40,355 nucleotides of DNA from contig JADFKI010000001.1 in NCBI GenBank assembly GCA_022565015.1, positions 1-40,355 of the forward strand, written 5' to 3'. Origin of the DNA: Chloroflexota bacterium (lineage in GTDB: Bacteria; Chloroflexota; Dehalococcoidia; Lucifugimonadales; JADFKI01). The position numbers were made by a program, and so were the translations under genes. Below the pieces are notes generated by a model that was not told where the DNA came from, did not search any database, and saw only the letters and a list, made by a program, of their open reading frames with translations. Below, piece by piece: positions 18,611-26,776 of the stretch; the stretch's first letter is position 1; each line of letters begins with the position of its first letter.

Positions 18611-18629
18611 GGTCTCCGGGCGCCTCGGG

Positions 18630-19817
18630 CTAGCGCTCTTTCGGCCTGAAGATGCCGAAGGAGCTCGTGTAACCGTGCAGGAACGTGGAGCCTCCCACCG
18701 GCCCAATCTCGCCGTTGCAGAAGAATCCCGTGAGGGGCAGCGCCCCGACCTTCTCGCGAAACATGTCCGTGTCGTGGTCGGCCCTCCCGTACAAGAAGGC
18801 GCCCCGACCCAGGCACTGAAACAGCAGCGCTCCGGAATCCGCTTGCGGCTTATGGCCGATGACGTACTTCTCCAACATGGCGTCCAGGTCCTGCGACGAT
18901 GTCTGCGAGTCCCGCAGATGGAACTGTACCGTCTGGCCTTCCTTCAGTATCTCCCCGACGGCTATCAGGCCCTTCTGGGCGTCGATGCCGACGATGTTGC
19001 GGATGAGGAAGTCGCCCAGCTGAGGATTTTCGTTGAAGGGGTCCATGACCACTCCGATGAAGAGCGAGTTCTGCGCCAGCTCGCGGTCGCGTTCGTCCAG
19101 TCCTTGAAAGACCTCCTTCAGGACCTCGAAGGGCGTGCGGCCGTCCAGACCCAACAGGAGGTTACGTCTGCACGACGTCACCTGCATCGGGTCGCCAATG
19201 GGTCGACAGCCCTGCGCCACGACGCTGTCCACGGCGATGTCGCCCGAAAGGGCAAGCCCAACGGCGCCCGAGTCGTAGGTCGTCTCTCCGAGGTAGAGGC
19301 TGTTGCCGCCGGGCTGGTTCGCTCCGCTTGCGAGGCCTCCGATCTTAACGGCGTCGGGAAAGGCGTAGTCCAGCCCCATCAGAAGCTGCTCGCCTCGCGT
19401 GCTGAACGGGTCGGCGAGTATGACGAAGTGAGGCCCGGCTTCCCTCTTGACGCCCAGCAAGGCCTCCCACTGGTCGGGTGGAGCGTCGCCGTCCGGCAGG
19501 GCGTCTTCGTCGATGTGAAAAGGCGTCAGTTGAACATCGGGTAGGACCGCGGCGGTCAGGGCAAATCCGGGCCGTTGCTCGATCTCCCGTCCGGCGCCGA
19601 TTATGCCGCCACCCGAGCACCCGATGAGCAGGGCGTCGGCCAGGTTTTCGCGCACGAGCTGGGGCAGGCTCTCATACTCAGCGGCGTGGTGCGACGAGAC
19701 GAAGGCGATGATCAGGTCCGGCTCCATGCCGTCGAGGTCGTCATGAAGCTGACGCCCGCACTCCTCCACGGCCTCGGCCAGTGAGAATTTTTCAGAGACT
19801 GCTGAGCTCCATTTCAT
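18630..19817 (-). CDS. FIST (N + C) domain sensor protein, stand-alone
   Basis: The opening ...PDLIIAFVSSHH... and the C-terminal ...LTGFFCNGEIGP are typical of FIST_N/FIST_C. No output domain is present. Confidence 0.85.
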   Translation of the reverse strand: MKWSSAVSEKFSLAEAVEECGRQLHDDLDGMEPDLIIAFVSSHHAAEYESLPQLVRENLADALLIGCSGGGIIGAGREIEQRPGFALTAAVLPDVQLTPFHIDEDALPDGDAPPDQWEALLGVKREAGPHFVILADPFSTRGEQLLMGLDYAFPDAVKIGGLASGANQPGGNSLYLGETTYDSGAVGLALSGDIAVDSVVAQGCRPIGDPMQVTSCRRNLLLGLDGRTPFEVLKEVFQGLDERDRELAQNSLFIGVVMDPFNENPQLGDFLIRNIVGIDAQKGLIAVGEILKEGQTVQFHLRDSQTSSQDLDAMLEKYVIGHKPQADSGALLFQCLGRGAFLYGRADHDTDMFREKVGALPLTGFFCNGEIGPVGGSTFLHGYTSSFGIFRPKER

Positions 19818-19878
19818 GAGTGACCTCTTGGCTGCCGAGAAGGCATCTTCGCGTGTTTACAAACGGCGATTGACAGCC

Positions 19879-19887
19879 ATTGTAACA
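19879..19887 (-). promoter_or_regulatory. Extended -10 element (TGTTACAAT) upstream of the FIST gene
   Basis: The minus strand reads TGTTACAAT. AAGAGG SD lies 6 nt before the ATG at 19817. Confidence 0.4.
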
Positions 19888-19964
19888 AACCGTTCCCGCA
19901 AACGAGTACGGAGGCACTGCAACTAGACGAGACCCATTCGCGCAGTCGCTCCGAAATTACTTGC

Positions 19965-20747
19965 CTATAACTTCTGAAGAACGTACATCATTTGCTCGCA
20001 GTCTACCTTGGGCGCTTCCCTGCGGTAGCCTCCGTAGACGCCTTCAATGGCAAAGCCGTTGTCGGCGAACAGCCTCTCAAGCTGGTCTGGGAGGGTGTAA
20101 CGTCGCTGTATCGTGAACTCCTTGTTGGTAACGGACCCGCTCGGCGCAGTTATCTCGAAGCGCTTTTTTTGATAATCCTGCTGCTTCTCTTTGTCTAGAA
20201 TAAAGGAATTCCAGCTGCGAATTCGGTTTCCGTTGCGAGGGTCTACGGCGTCGTTCCTTAATATTGGCTCCGGTGGGCAGTACTCGAGTCTTCCCCAGGG
20301 AATGAACACATCCAGCAAGGCATAGGCGGAGTCCGACATATGCGTCCGTATCCGTTCCAACGCCCTTTTCTGGTCATACTCCGTCAGAAAGTAGTTGAAG
20401 GTGTAGTACGGGACTATCACCAGATCGAACTCTTCACCCAGATCAAGCTCACAGGCGTCCGCCTCCACAACGCTGACCCTGCCGCGAACCTCCGGCGGTT
20501 CGTCTTCGAGGCGAGCGTTGAGCAACGACAGCATCGAGGGAGATATGTCCACGGCCACGACGCGCACTCCGCTGCGGGCCATGGGAAGGGTGAGCCTTCC
20601 GGAGCCCGCGCCTATCTCCAGCACGGGGGTCCTGACGGAGCTGGCGAACTCCATGTAGAACGGCAGGTCGTCGAGGAAATCGCCCACGTAGACGTCGTAG
20701 AACTCGGAGTAGTCGCCGTATACGTCTGTGCCCTCTACATCATCCAT
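19965..20747 (-). CDS. Class I SAM-dependent methyltransferase (small-molecule type)
   Basis: Motif I VLEIGAGSGRLT, acidic loop VVAVDIS, motif post-II VEADA. No DPPY/NPPY or PCQ DNA-methyltransferase motif is seen. Confidence 0.85.
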   Translation of the reverse strand: MDDVEGTDVYGDYSEFYDVYVGDFLDDLPFYMEFASSVRTPVLEIGAGSGRLTLPMARSGVRVVAVDISPSMLSLLNARLEDEPPEVRGRVSVVEADACELDLGEEFDLVIVPYYTFNYFLTEYDQKRALERIRTHMSDSAYALLDVFIPWGRLEYCPPEPILRNDAVDPRNGNRIRSWNSFILDKEKQQDYQKKRFEITAPSGSVTNKEFTIQRRYTLPDQLERLFADNGFAIEGVYGGYRREAPKVDCEQMMYVLQKL

Positions 20748-20771
20748 ATCACTTTCCCAGAAGAAACGCTT

Positions 20772-21461
20772 TTATTTGAGAAGGTACTTTTTATCGCCCC
20801 TTACCCATCCAAAGTAAAGGTCGACGCCGTGTAAATGTCTCGGACCCACGATCTCGTCTGCTCCGCCGACCTCCAAGCCGAATAGCTCAACGAATCGGCG
20901 GTAGTCCTCAATCCATTTATCGGATTGGCTAAAAGAGTGGACCAGCATCATCGCGTTTTTCGCGTTGAATTTCTGCGCCTCGATTAATGCGGAAGCGGTT
21001 CTGTGCATTAGCTGGTACCGTACGCCATCGACGTCTTTCTTTTTCAATCCAAGCAAATTCAGGAGGAAGGCTAGCCTTTGCTGCTTACCGGGGCTACCAT
21101 TCTTATTCCACTCCTCAACAGTGGGGCCAAAGGGTTCCGATACCTTTCCTTCGATTGTAATCGAGATCAATTCACCTTCACCCTTGCCCAATACGAAGAT
21201 ATCGTTCTGTGAAGGTCGTGAGCCGCCCGGCAGATGGACCTTGTATTCGGGAAAGGCCAGCAAGAGCTCGGCTCTTTCAAACAGGCGTATGCCTGAAGCC
21301 TCGAACACCCTTCTAACACATACGGGGAAGTCTTCATTGTCCTCCTCCCAACAATATGCGAGTGTCCTTGCGGAGTACCCTTTTTTCCAGTGCAGTTGCG
21401 GGTCAGCAAGAAGCTGTTTCCAGTCTTCCGGCCCCTCGGCCGGCACATAAATTCTGCTCAT
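20772..21461 (-). CDS. Hypothetical protein with a PD-(D/E)xK nuclease-like core
   Basis: 229 aa. PEYKVHLPGGSRPSQNDIFVLGKGEGELISITIEGKV gives an E...D...ExK spacing typical of restriction-endonuclease-fold proteins. Visibly lower GC than its neighbours. It ends 24 nt upstream of the methyltransferase gene. The confidence refers to the CDS; the nuclease assignment is about 0.4. Confidence 0.7.
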   Translation of the reverse strand: MSRIYVPAEGPEDWKQLLADPQLHWKKGYSARTLAYCWEEDNEDFPVCVRRVFEASGIRLFERAELLLAFPEYKVHLPGGSRPSQNDIFVLGKGEGELISITIEGKVSEPFGPTVEEWNKNGSPGKQQRLAFLLNLLGLKKKDVDGVRYQLMHRTASALIEAQKFNAKNAMMLVHSFSQSDKWIEDYRRFVELFGLEVGGADEIVGPRHLHGVDLYFGWVRGDKKYLLK

Positions 21462-21674
21462 TTCCTGTCCCCTGTCCTTCGATTCTCGTGATTCAAGGGC
21501 TGTCTTCTTCCCACAGCAGCGTCTTGTCCTCTCGAGGCCCGAAACCTATAGCCAGAAAGAACGTCCGAGAATTTGAAATGCCTGCCTGCCACCGGCCTCT
21601 CGATTGCGATAATTCAGCAATTATGGCATACAATAGCGGCCAGCCACAGGGGCGCATTTTGAGGAGGTGCCGCG

Positions 21675-22508
21675 ATGAAGAGACTTTCGGACCAGGTGGC
21701 CATAGTGACAGGCGGGGCCATGGGCATCGGCGGAGCGGCGTCTCGCAGGCTGGCCGATGAGGGAGCCTGTGTGTTGATAGCCGACATCAACGAGGAGGCA
21801 TCCAATGCCAATGTCGAGGCCATTCGAAACGAGGGCGGCACGGCGGACTCGATCATCGCCGACGTTGGGAAGCATCCGGACATTCGGGCCATGATAAGCA
21901 AGGCGGTGGAAAACTGGGGCAGGCTCGATATCCTGGTGAGCAACGCCTACAGCCCCGTCCATGAGTCGGGAGGCTCGGCCCTGGACGTCACGGAGGAGGC
22001 GTGGGACCACGGCATGGACGTGCTGGTCAAGTCCCAGTTCCTGGCCGCAAAGTACGCCGTTCCGGAGATGCAAAAGAGCGGCGGCGGGAGCATCGTCAAC
22101 ATATCCTCGGTGCACGGCCTGCTGATGGCCCCGGGCCGTCTGATATACGAGGCTGGCAAGTCTGCGGTGATAGGGATGACAAGGCAGATGGCGACGGATT
22201 TCGGCCCGATGGGCATCAGGGTCAACGCCATATGCCCCGGCCACATCGTAACCGAGCGGCTGGAGTCTCAGTGGGCCGACAATCCGTCGGGGCTGCGCTT
22301 CTTCGAGGACCAGTACCCGCTCAGGAAAGTCGGGCGGCCGGTGGACATCGCGAACTCCATCGTTTTCCTCTGCTCGGACGAGGCATCCTTTATAACAGGG
22401 CACGCGCTCGTTGTGGACGGCGGCCTTACGGTGCAGCTTCAGGAGGATTTCGGCGTGCGGCAGGCACACTACGTCAGGGAGAACCCGGACACCCAGCTGC
22501 CCTACTGA
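21675..22508 (+). CDS. SDR family oxidoreductase
   Basis: TGGAMGIGG, the serine of NISSVHG, and YEAGKSAV (YxxxK). GAGGAGG SD upstream. Confidence 0.9.
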   Translation: MKRLSDQVAIVTGGAMGIGGAASRRLADEGACVLIADINEEASNANVEAIRNEGGTADSIIADVGKHPDIRAMISKAVENWGRLDILVSNAYSPVHESGGSALDVTEEAWDHGMDVLVKSQFLAAKYAVPEMQKSGGGSIVNISSVHGLLMAPGRLIYEAGKSAVIGMTRQMATDFGPMGIRVNAICPGHIVTERLESQWADNPSGLRFFEDQYPLRKVGRPVDIANSIVFLCSDEASFITGHALVVDGGLTVQLQEDFGVRQAHYVRENPDTQLPY

Positions 22509-22577
22509 CACGCCGCCAGGACCATGCTCGTGGAATCACAGGCTCCATCAGATCGGAAACGGACTGGAAATTCAGCC

Positions 22578-23144
22578 ATGAAGACCCTGCCGGACTATCT
22601 CGCTCACGGCCTCGACATCGTGTTCGTCGGCCTGAACCCCGGCCTGTCCTCGGTCGAGGCCGGGCATTATTTCGCAAACAAGAGGAACCGGTTTTGGCCC
22701 GCGCTAAACGCATCCGGCCTTCTACGCGTGCCTGTGGACTCGTCGACCGACCACCTTCTGCTGAACGAGGGTATCGGATTCACCGACGTGGTCAAGCGGC
22801 CGACCAGGGGCTCATCAGACCTGCGCGCCGCCGACTTTCGGAAATGGGCGCCGGTCCTCAGAGAGAAGCTGGAGCGCTATCAGCCGCTGGTGGCCTGTTT
22901 TCACGGAGTGACCGCCTTTCGGAATTTCCTGAAGTACTCGGAGGGCGGCGACGAGGCCGTGGCTCTAGGACCGCAGAGGCTGACTATCGGCAACTCCGCC
23001 ACGTTCGTGGTCCCCAATCCAAGTCCGGCGAACGCGGCATATTCTCACGACGATATCGTGCGCTGGTACCGCAAGCTGAAGGCGTTTTTGGCCGAGCTTC
23101 GTAGGGCCGACGGGTCAGCGTCTGCGAATCCGGGCAACGCCTGA
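22578..23144 (+). CDS. mug: G/U mismatch-specific uracil-DNA glycosylase (Mug/TDG family)
   Basis: LDIVFVGLNPGLSS...NRFW and VVPNPSPAN align with the E. coli Mug GINPG and PNPS motifs. Start set at MKTLPDYL by comparison with the Mug N-terminus; the track ORF opens at 22524. Confidence 0.85.
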   Translation: MKTLPDYLAHGLDIVFVGLNPGLSSVEAGHYFANKRNRFWPALNASGLLRVPVDSSTDHLLLNEGIGFTDVVKRPTRGSSDLRAADFRKWAPVLREKLERYQPLVACFHGVTAFRNFLKYSEGGDEAVALGPQRLTIGNSATFVVPNPSPANAAYSHDDIVRWYRKLKAFLAELRRADGSASANPGNA

Positions 23145-23186
23145 GCACACATATCTTCGATGCGTCGCTTCATAGCAGGAGCTCTT

Positions 23187-23807
23187 TTGCGCACTGAGGA
23201 CAGCGACAAGATACGGGCATTTGTGGCCGTTGAGATGCCGGAGGAGGCCGTGGCCCACCTCGCGGGGGTCGTCAGGCGCCTGCAAGACGCCAAACTGAGC
23301 GGCGTACGCACGTCCAGTCCGGCGGGCATTCACCTGACACTGAAGTTTCTCGGTGATATATCGGGCCAACAGCTGGGGCCCATCGAAAATGCGCTGCGGG
23401 CGGCGTTGAAAGATCACGGGCCCTTCCGATTGACCCTCGGCGAGCCGGGCGTCTTTCCCAATGCCAACAGGCCGAGGGTGCTGTGGGTCGGCGTGAATGG
23501 CGACGTTGGTGCGCTCGAAGCCGTTGCGGGCGCGGTAGAAGAGGCCCTGGAGCCCTTGGGGTTTCCCAGGGATAAGCGAGGCTTCAACGCCCATTTGACG
23601 GTCGCTCGCATAAGGGACGGAACTCCCGCCAGGGACAGGCAACAGGCGGCCAAGGCGCTCCACGCGAAAGCTGAAGATTCAATTGTTGAAATTGAAGTGA
23701 ATGCGGTGAGCCTTATGAGAAGCACGCTCCGTCCTACTGGAGCGACTTACGATTGCCTGGTTTCCTTTCCTCTGGTAGAAGGTTATCGTAAGGTACGAAA
23801 GAGCTAG
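23187..23807 (+). CDS. thpR: RNA 2',3'-cyclic phosphodiesterase (2H phosphoesterase, LigT/ThpR)
   Basis: Two HxT/S motifs, HLTLKFLG and HLTVARI. Start proposed at TTG 23187 (AGGAG 5 nt upstream); the track ORF opens at ATG 23160, which has no SD. Confidence 0.85.
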   Translation: MRTEDSDKIRAFVAVEMPEEAVAHLAGVVRRLQDAKLSGVRTSSPAGIHLTLKFLGDISGQQLGPIENALRAALKDHGPFRLTLGEPGVFPNANRPRVLWVGVNGDVGALEAVAGAVEEALEPLGFPRDKRGFNAHLTVARIRDGTPARDRQQAAKALHAKAEDSIVEIEVNAVSLMRSTLRPTGATYDCLVSFPLVEGYRKVRKS

Positions 23808-23810
23808 CAC

Positions 23811-23840
23811 TTGTTAATATTCTTGTAGGAATGGTATACT
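23811..23840 (+). promoter_or_regulatory. Sigma-70-like promoter of the zinc-ribbon gene
   Basis: TTGTTA (23811-23816), an 18-nt spacer, then TATACT (23835-23840). Confidence 0.45.
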
Positions 23841-23885
23841 CGCTGCGCTTTTACCCCCAGGGTGGTGGAAACAGAGGAGGACCCA

Positions 23886-24098
23886 GTGGAACACCAAGGA
23901 TGGCCTGAATGCCGCGGATGTAAAGAAGGTAGTCTCCTGCCGCTATCTGACTTCGGGAGCCAGGGCGCTCCCATTCACTACAAGGCATGGGTGTGCAGCA
24001 ATCCCGACTGCGGATTCAATATCAAGATCCGTAATGGCGATGTCTACCTTAACGAACCGATTGCCAGCGGGGCTATGCATACCCCGAGGGTGAGGTAG
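23886..24098 (+). CDS. Small zinc-ribbon protein (about 70 aa)
   Basis: CRGC...29 residues...CSNPDC. GTG 23886 has GAGGAGG 5 nt upstream; the track ORF opens at 23862. Confidence 0.5.
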   Translation: MEHQGWPECRGCKEGSLLPLSDFGSQGAPIHYKAWVCSNPDCGFNIKIRNGDVYLNEPIASGAMHTPRVR

Positions 24099-24293
24099 TC
24101 CTCCCCACCTGTTCTCAATCGCACCGCCGATCTAAATTTGTCGCCCCCGGTTATCAGGCTACTGGCATCGAGCAGCTGGTCGTAAATACCAACTTGCCAG
24201 TGCTAGAATGTATTAACGCCATAATTTTGGGGCGGTCTGAATACTGATGCGGCCCCCATCCGGACGGAGTGCCCTCTAAGGGGCGGTACTGGG

Positions 24294-25298
24294 TTGAAGA
24301 TTGGCCACGATCGAGGTGGAAGGTTGACTCCGCGAAGACGTACGGTCAGCGCCTATACGGGCCTGGCTATGATCTTGGTGGGCCTTATTACGCTCGCTGC
24401 CGTCGGCTCCTACTACGGGTACGGTATCTACGCGCGTTCGCAGCTTAAGGACCTCACCTACTCCGTTGAGACCGAGACGAGCCTCGTTCCCTTAACCACT
24501 GCTGCAGCGTCGCCTCCCAATGAGCTATCGGGAGCCGTGCGGGTCCTGGCGGCTGGGGTCGTCCGCCCCGACGTTGCCCTCGCTCCAGAAGTTCCCAACG
24601 ATAGCGCGCCGACAGGGGTCGATGCAGTCGCGCCATCTTCGGGCGGGGAGCCAGACCGGCGATTGTCGACTTTCCCCGAGGCTAGCTACGCTTCGATTTA
24701 CCCCGGAGTTAAGCTGCATCCCAAATATTGGGCGAGCCCGCTCTGGGCGGGAACGGACGAGTTCACATATAGCCACGGTGTGGACGCCGAGCTCCCCGAC
24801 GGGTTTCGCGCTATTTCCGCCTCGGACATACTTGCGCCCCAACTAGGGTCGAATACTACCCGAATCACGATCCCCAGCATAAGCGTCGAGTCAGACGTCA
24901 AAGAGCTGGAGATAGTAGACCTGGGAGATAGCCGCGCCTACGAAACGCCGAAAAACACGGTCGGCCACATTCCGGAGTCGACGAACCCCGGAGAGTCCGG
25001 CAACGGCTGGTTCTTTGGCCATCTGGAGAGCCCTATAAAGGGCGAAGGCAACATATTCCAGCGGCTGCCGGATATTCCGGAACAGCTTCGCAACGGCGAC
25101 GACGTATACGTCACGCTGGAGAACGAGGAGGGACACGTCTTTCTGTACAAGGTCACGGCCACCAACGTCGTCCACCAGGACGATATGCGGCTGTACGATA
25201 CGAAAGGGGCGTCGATTACCCTGGTCGCATGCGTGCCGAGGCTGGTCTACGATCACAGGATTCTCGTAACGGCGGACCTTGTGGGCATCAACAACTGA
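24294..25298 (+). CDS. Membrane-anchored sortase family transpeptidase
   Basis: N-terminal TM segment (LAMILVGLITLAAVG). The C-terminal domain has a catalytic H (FFGHL), TLVAC (the TLxTC cysteine) and a downstream R (DHRILV). An alternative start is TTG 24324, with GGTGGA upstream. Confidence 0.8.
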   Translation: MKIGHDRGGRLTPRRRTVSAYTGLAMILVGLITLAAVGSYYGYGIYARSQLKDLTYSVETETSLVPLTTAAASPPNELSGAVRVLAAGVVRPDVALAPEVPNDSAPTGVDAVAPSSGGEPDRRLSTFPEASYASIYPGVKLHPKYWASPLWAGTDEFTYSHGVDAELPDGFRAISASDILAPQLGSNTTRITIPSISVESDVKELEIVDLGDSRAYETPKNTVGHIPESTNPGESGNGWFFGHLESPIKGEGNIFQRLPDIPEQLRNGDDVYVTLENEEGHVFLYKVTATNVVHQDDMRLYDTKGASITLVACVPRLVYDHRILVTADLVGINN

Positions 25299-25371
25299 CC
25301 GAGTCCAACCCGGAGACTGCCGGAGCATCGGCCGCACATCCGGCCGGGCCGTTTCCGGGGCGAAGGCTCAG

Positions 25372-26271
25372 CTACCTTCTCCGCTCGGTTTTTTCGGGCG
25401 CTAGCACATCCTTCATGACGTTCATGAAGTTCCGAGTCGGAGTCGAGATACTCTTCCGTCGTAGGGTAACGATGCCGGCTTGCTCGACCGGCAACAGATT
25501 GGCGAGGCTCACGACGCCTAGAGTTTTCATGTCCTCTTTTTCTATAGCCAGCTTGGGACCCACCGAGATTCCCATGCCCAGCGCCACGTAGCGCTTAATC
25601 ATGTCCATGCTGTCGAGCTCCACGACGACCTCGAAATTGAGACCTTTGCGCCTGAATTCTTCTTCGAGGATGTTCCTGGTGTACGTCCCCCGTCCCATCA
25701 ATATCAGGGGCCACTTCGCGATCTGGTCGATGGAATGCAGCGTCTCCTTGAGCAGTGGATGATTGAGAGGCGTGATGAGCACCCTTTCGTACAGGAACAG
25801 CCCCTGGAAGTCGAATTCCTCGTTCCTCTCCGGATGCTGCACGATGCCCAGGTCGACTTCGCCTTCCTGCACCAACCTCAGCACCTCGGTGCGGGTCTCT
25901 GACCGTAACCTCAGATGAACGTGCGGATACCTCTTCAGAAAGACCCTGACTACCTGGAGCAGGGTGTGAGGGATGATATCGGGAGTGGACGCGACATCAA
26001 TCGGTCCGCGTTCCTCGGCCTCAGTGGTCTGCGTGACCAGGGAATCTATACCCTCGACCAGGGGCGTGGCTATCTCCGATAGGCGCTGACCGGCCCTGGT
26101 GAGCTGAATAGGACGCCTGACACGGTCGAAGAGGACCATGTCGATCTCCTCTTCGAGCTTCTTGATATGCATCGTAACGGTGGGTTGGCCAATCCCGAGC
26201 TCCACGGCTGCCTTCGAGATGCTTCGTAGCCTGGCGGCCGTCGTAAAGCTTCGCAGCTCTCTCAGTTCCAT
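25372..26271 (-). CDS. LysR family transcriptional regulator
   Basis: N-terminal wHTH (FTTAARLRSISKAAVELGIGQPTVTMHIKKLE) followed by a substrate-binding domain; 299 aa. Confidence 0.9.
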   Translation of the reverse strand: MELRELRSFTTAARLRSISKAAVELGIGQPTVTMHIKKLEEEIDMVLFDRVRRPIQLTRAGQRLSEIATPLVEGIDSLVTQTTEAEERGPIDVASTPDIIPHTLLQVVRVFLKRYPHVHLRLRSETRTEVLRLVQEGEVDLGIVQHPERNEEFDFQGLFLYERVLITPLNHPLLKETLHSIDQIAKWPLILMGRGTYTRNILEEEFRRKGLNFEVVVELDSMDMIKRYVALGMGISVGPKLAIEKEDMKTLGVVSLANLLPVEQAGIVTLRRKSISTPTRNFMNVMKDVLAPEKTERRR

Positions 26272-26289
26272 AGGTCGTACTCACACCTA

Positions 26290-26310
26290 TTCATCATTAA
26301 ATCAGATGAA
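26290..26310. promoter_or_regulatory. LysR-type box (ATC-N9-GAT inside TTCATC-N9-GATGAA)
   Basis: Perfect 6-bp inverted repeat with the T-N11-A architecture, 19 nt upstream of the lysR start and upstream of the divergent small ORF. Confidence 0.4.
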
Positions 26311-26329
26311 GTATATCACACAATATGTG

Positions 26330-26358
26330 TTTACATGATGTACTTTTCTGTTGATAAT
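26330..26358 (+). promoter_or_regulatory. Sigma-70-like promoter of the 56-aa ORF
   Basis: TTTACA (26330-26335), a 17-nt spacer, then GATAAT (26353-26358). Confidence 0.4.
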
Positions 26359-26418
26359 AGTAATAAGGATTAATGAATTTTAAGACAGGAATCCTCAGAC
26401 CTAACCCAAGGAGAGAAA

Positions 26419-26589
26419 ATGATTCGAAAGGTATTTAGCACGATACGTCACATACACCCGATTTCCGGCTTTGACAGCTACTTCGCCAACGTACAGCTGC
26501 ACGGCGGGACCGTCGCGCCGACCCTTGACGAAGCCAAGAGGGACTTCCGCAACAGACTCCGCTCGGAGAACACCCGCCTATTTAGCTAG
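26419..26589 (+). CDS. Unannotated 56-aa protein divergent from lysR
   Basis: My own translation: MIRKVFSTIRHIHPISGFDSYFANVQLHGGTVAPTLDEAKRDFRNRLRSENTRLFS. AAGGAGAG SD 4 nt upstream, with its own promoter and terminator. Confidence 0.5.
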   Translation: MIRKVFSTIRHIHPISGFDSYFANVQLHGGTVAPTLDEAKRDFRNRLRSENTRLFS

Positions 26590-26646
26590 CCGAGTGCTTG
26601 CACCGGTGGTATGAACGCCACCCGGCAAGAGCGAAATCAGAGAAAA

Positions 26647-26680
26647 GGGACGCCCTCATGTGGGGCGCCCCTTTCTTTTG
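26647..26680 (+). terminator. Rho-independent terminator
   Basis: gggacgccc / tcatgtg / gggcgccc (8 bp with one bulged A), followed by ctttcttttgg. Confidence 0.5.
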
Positions 26681-26776
26681 GCCCGAAAACCCCGCCACTG
26701 GATTCCTTGTTTGCCCTAATTCGCCATGTTAGTCTGGCTACGATGAGAGTTCCTATTTTAGTAACGGGAGCAGAAT

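Noticed and set aside
18574-18617. A 7-bp direct repeat GGTCTCC flanking repeat copy 6, which looks like a target-site duplication
   Set aside because: The left GGTCTCC is itself part of the hairpin arm, so the second occurrence is more simply the start of a partial extra unit. No other copy shows flanking duplications.
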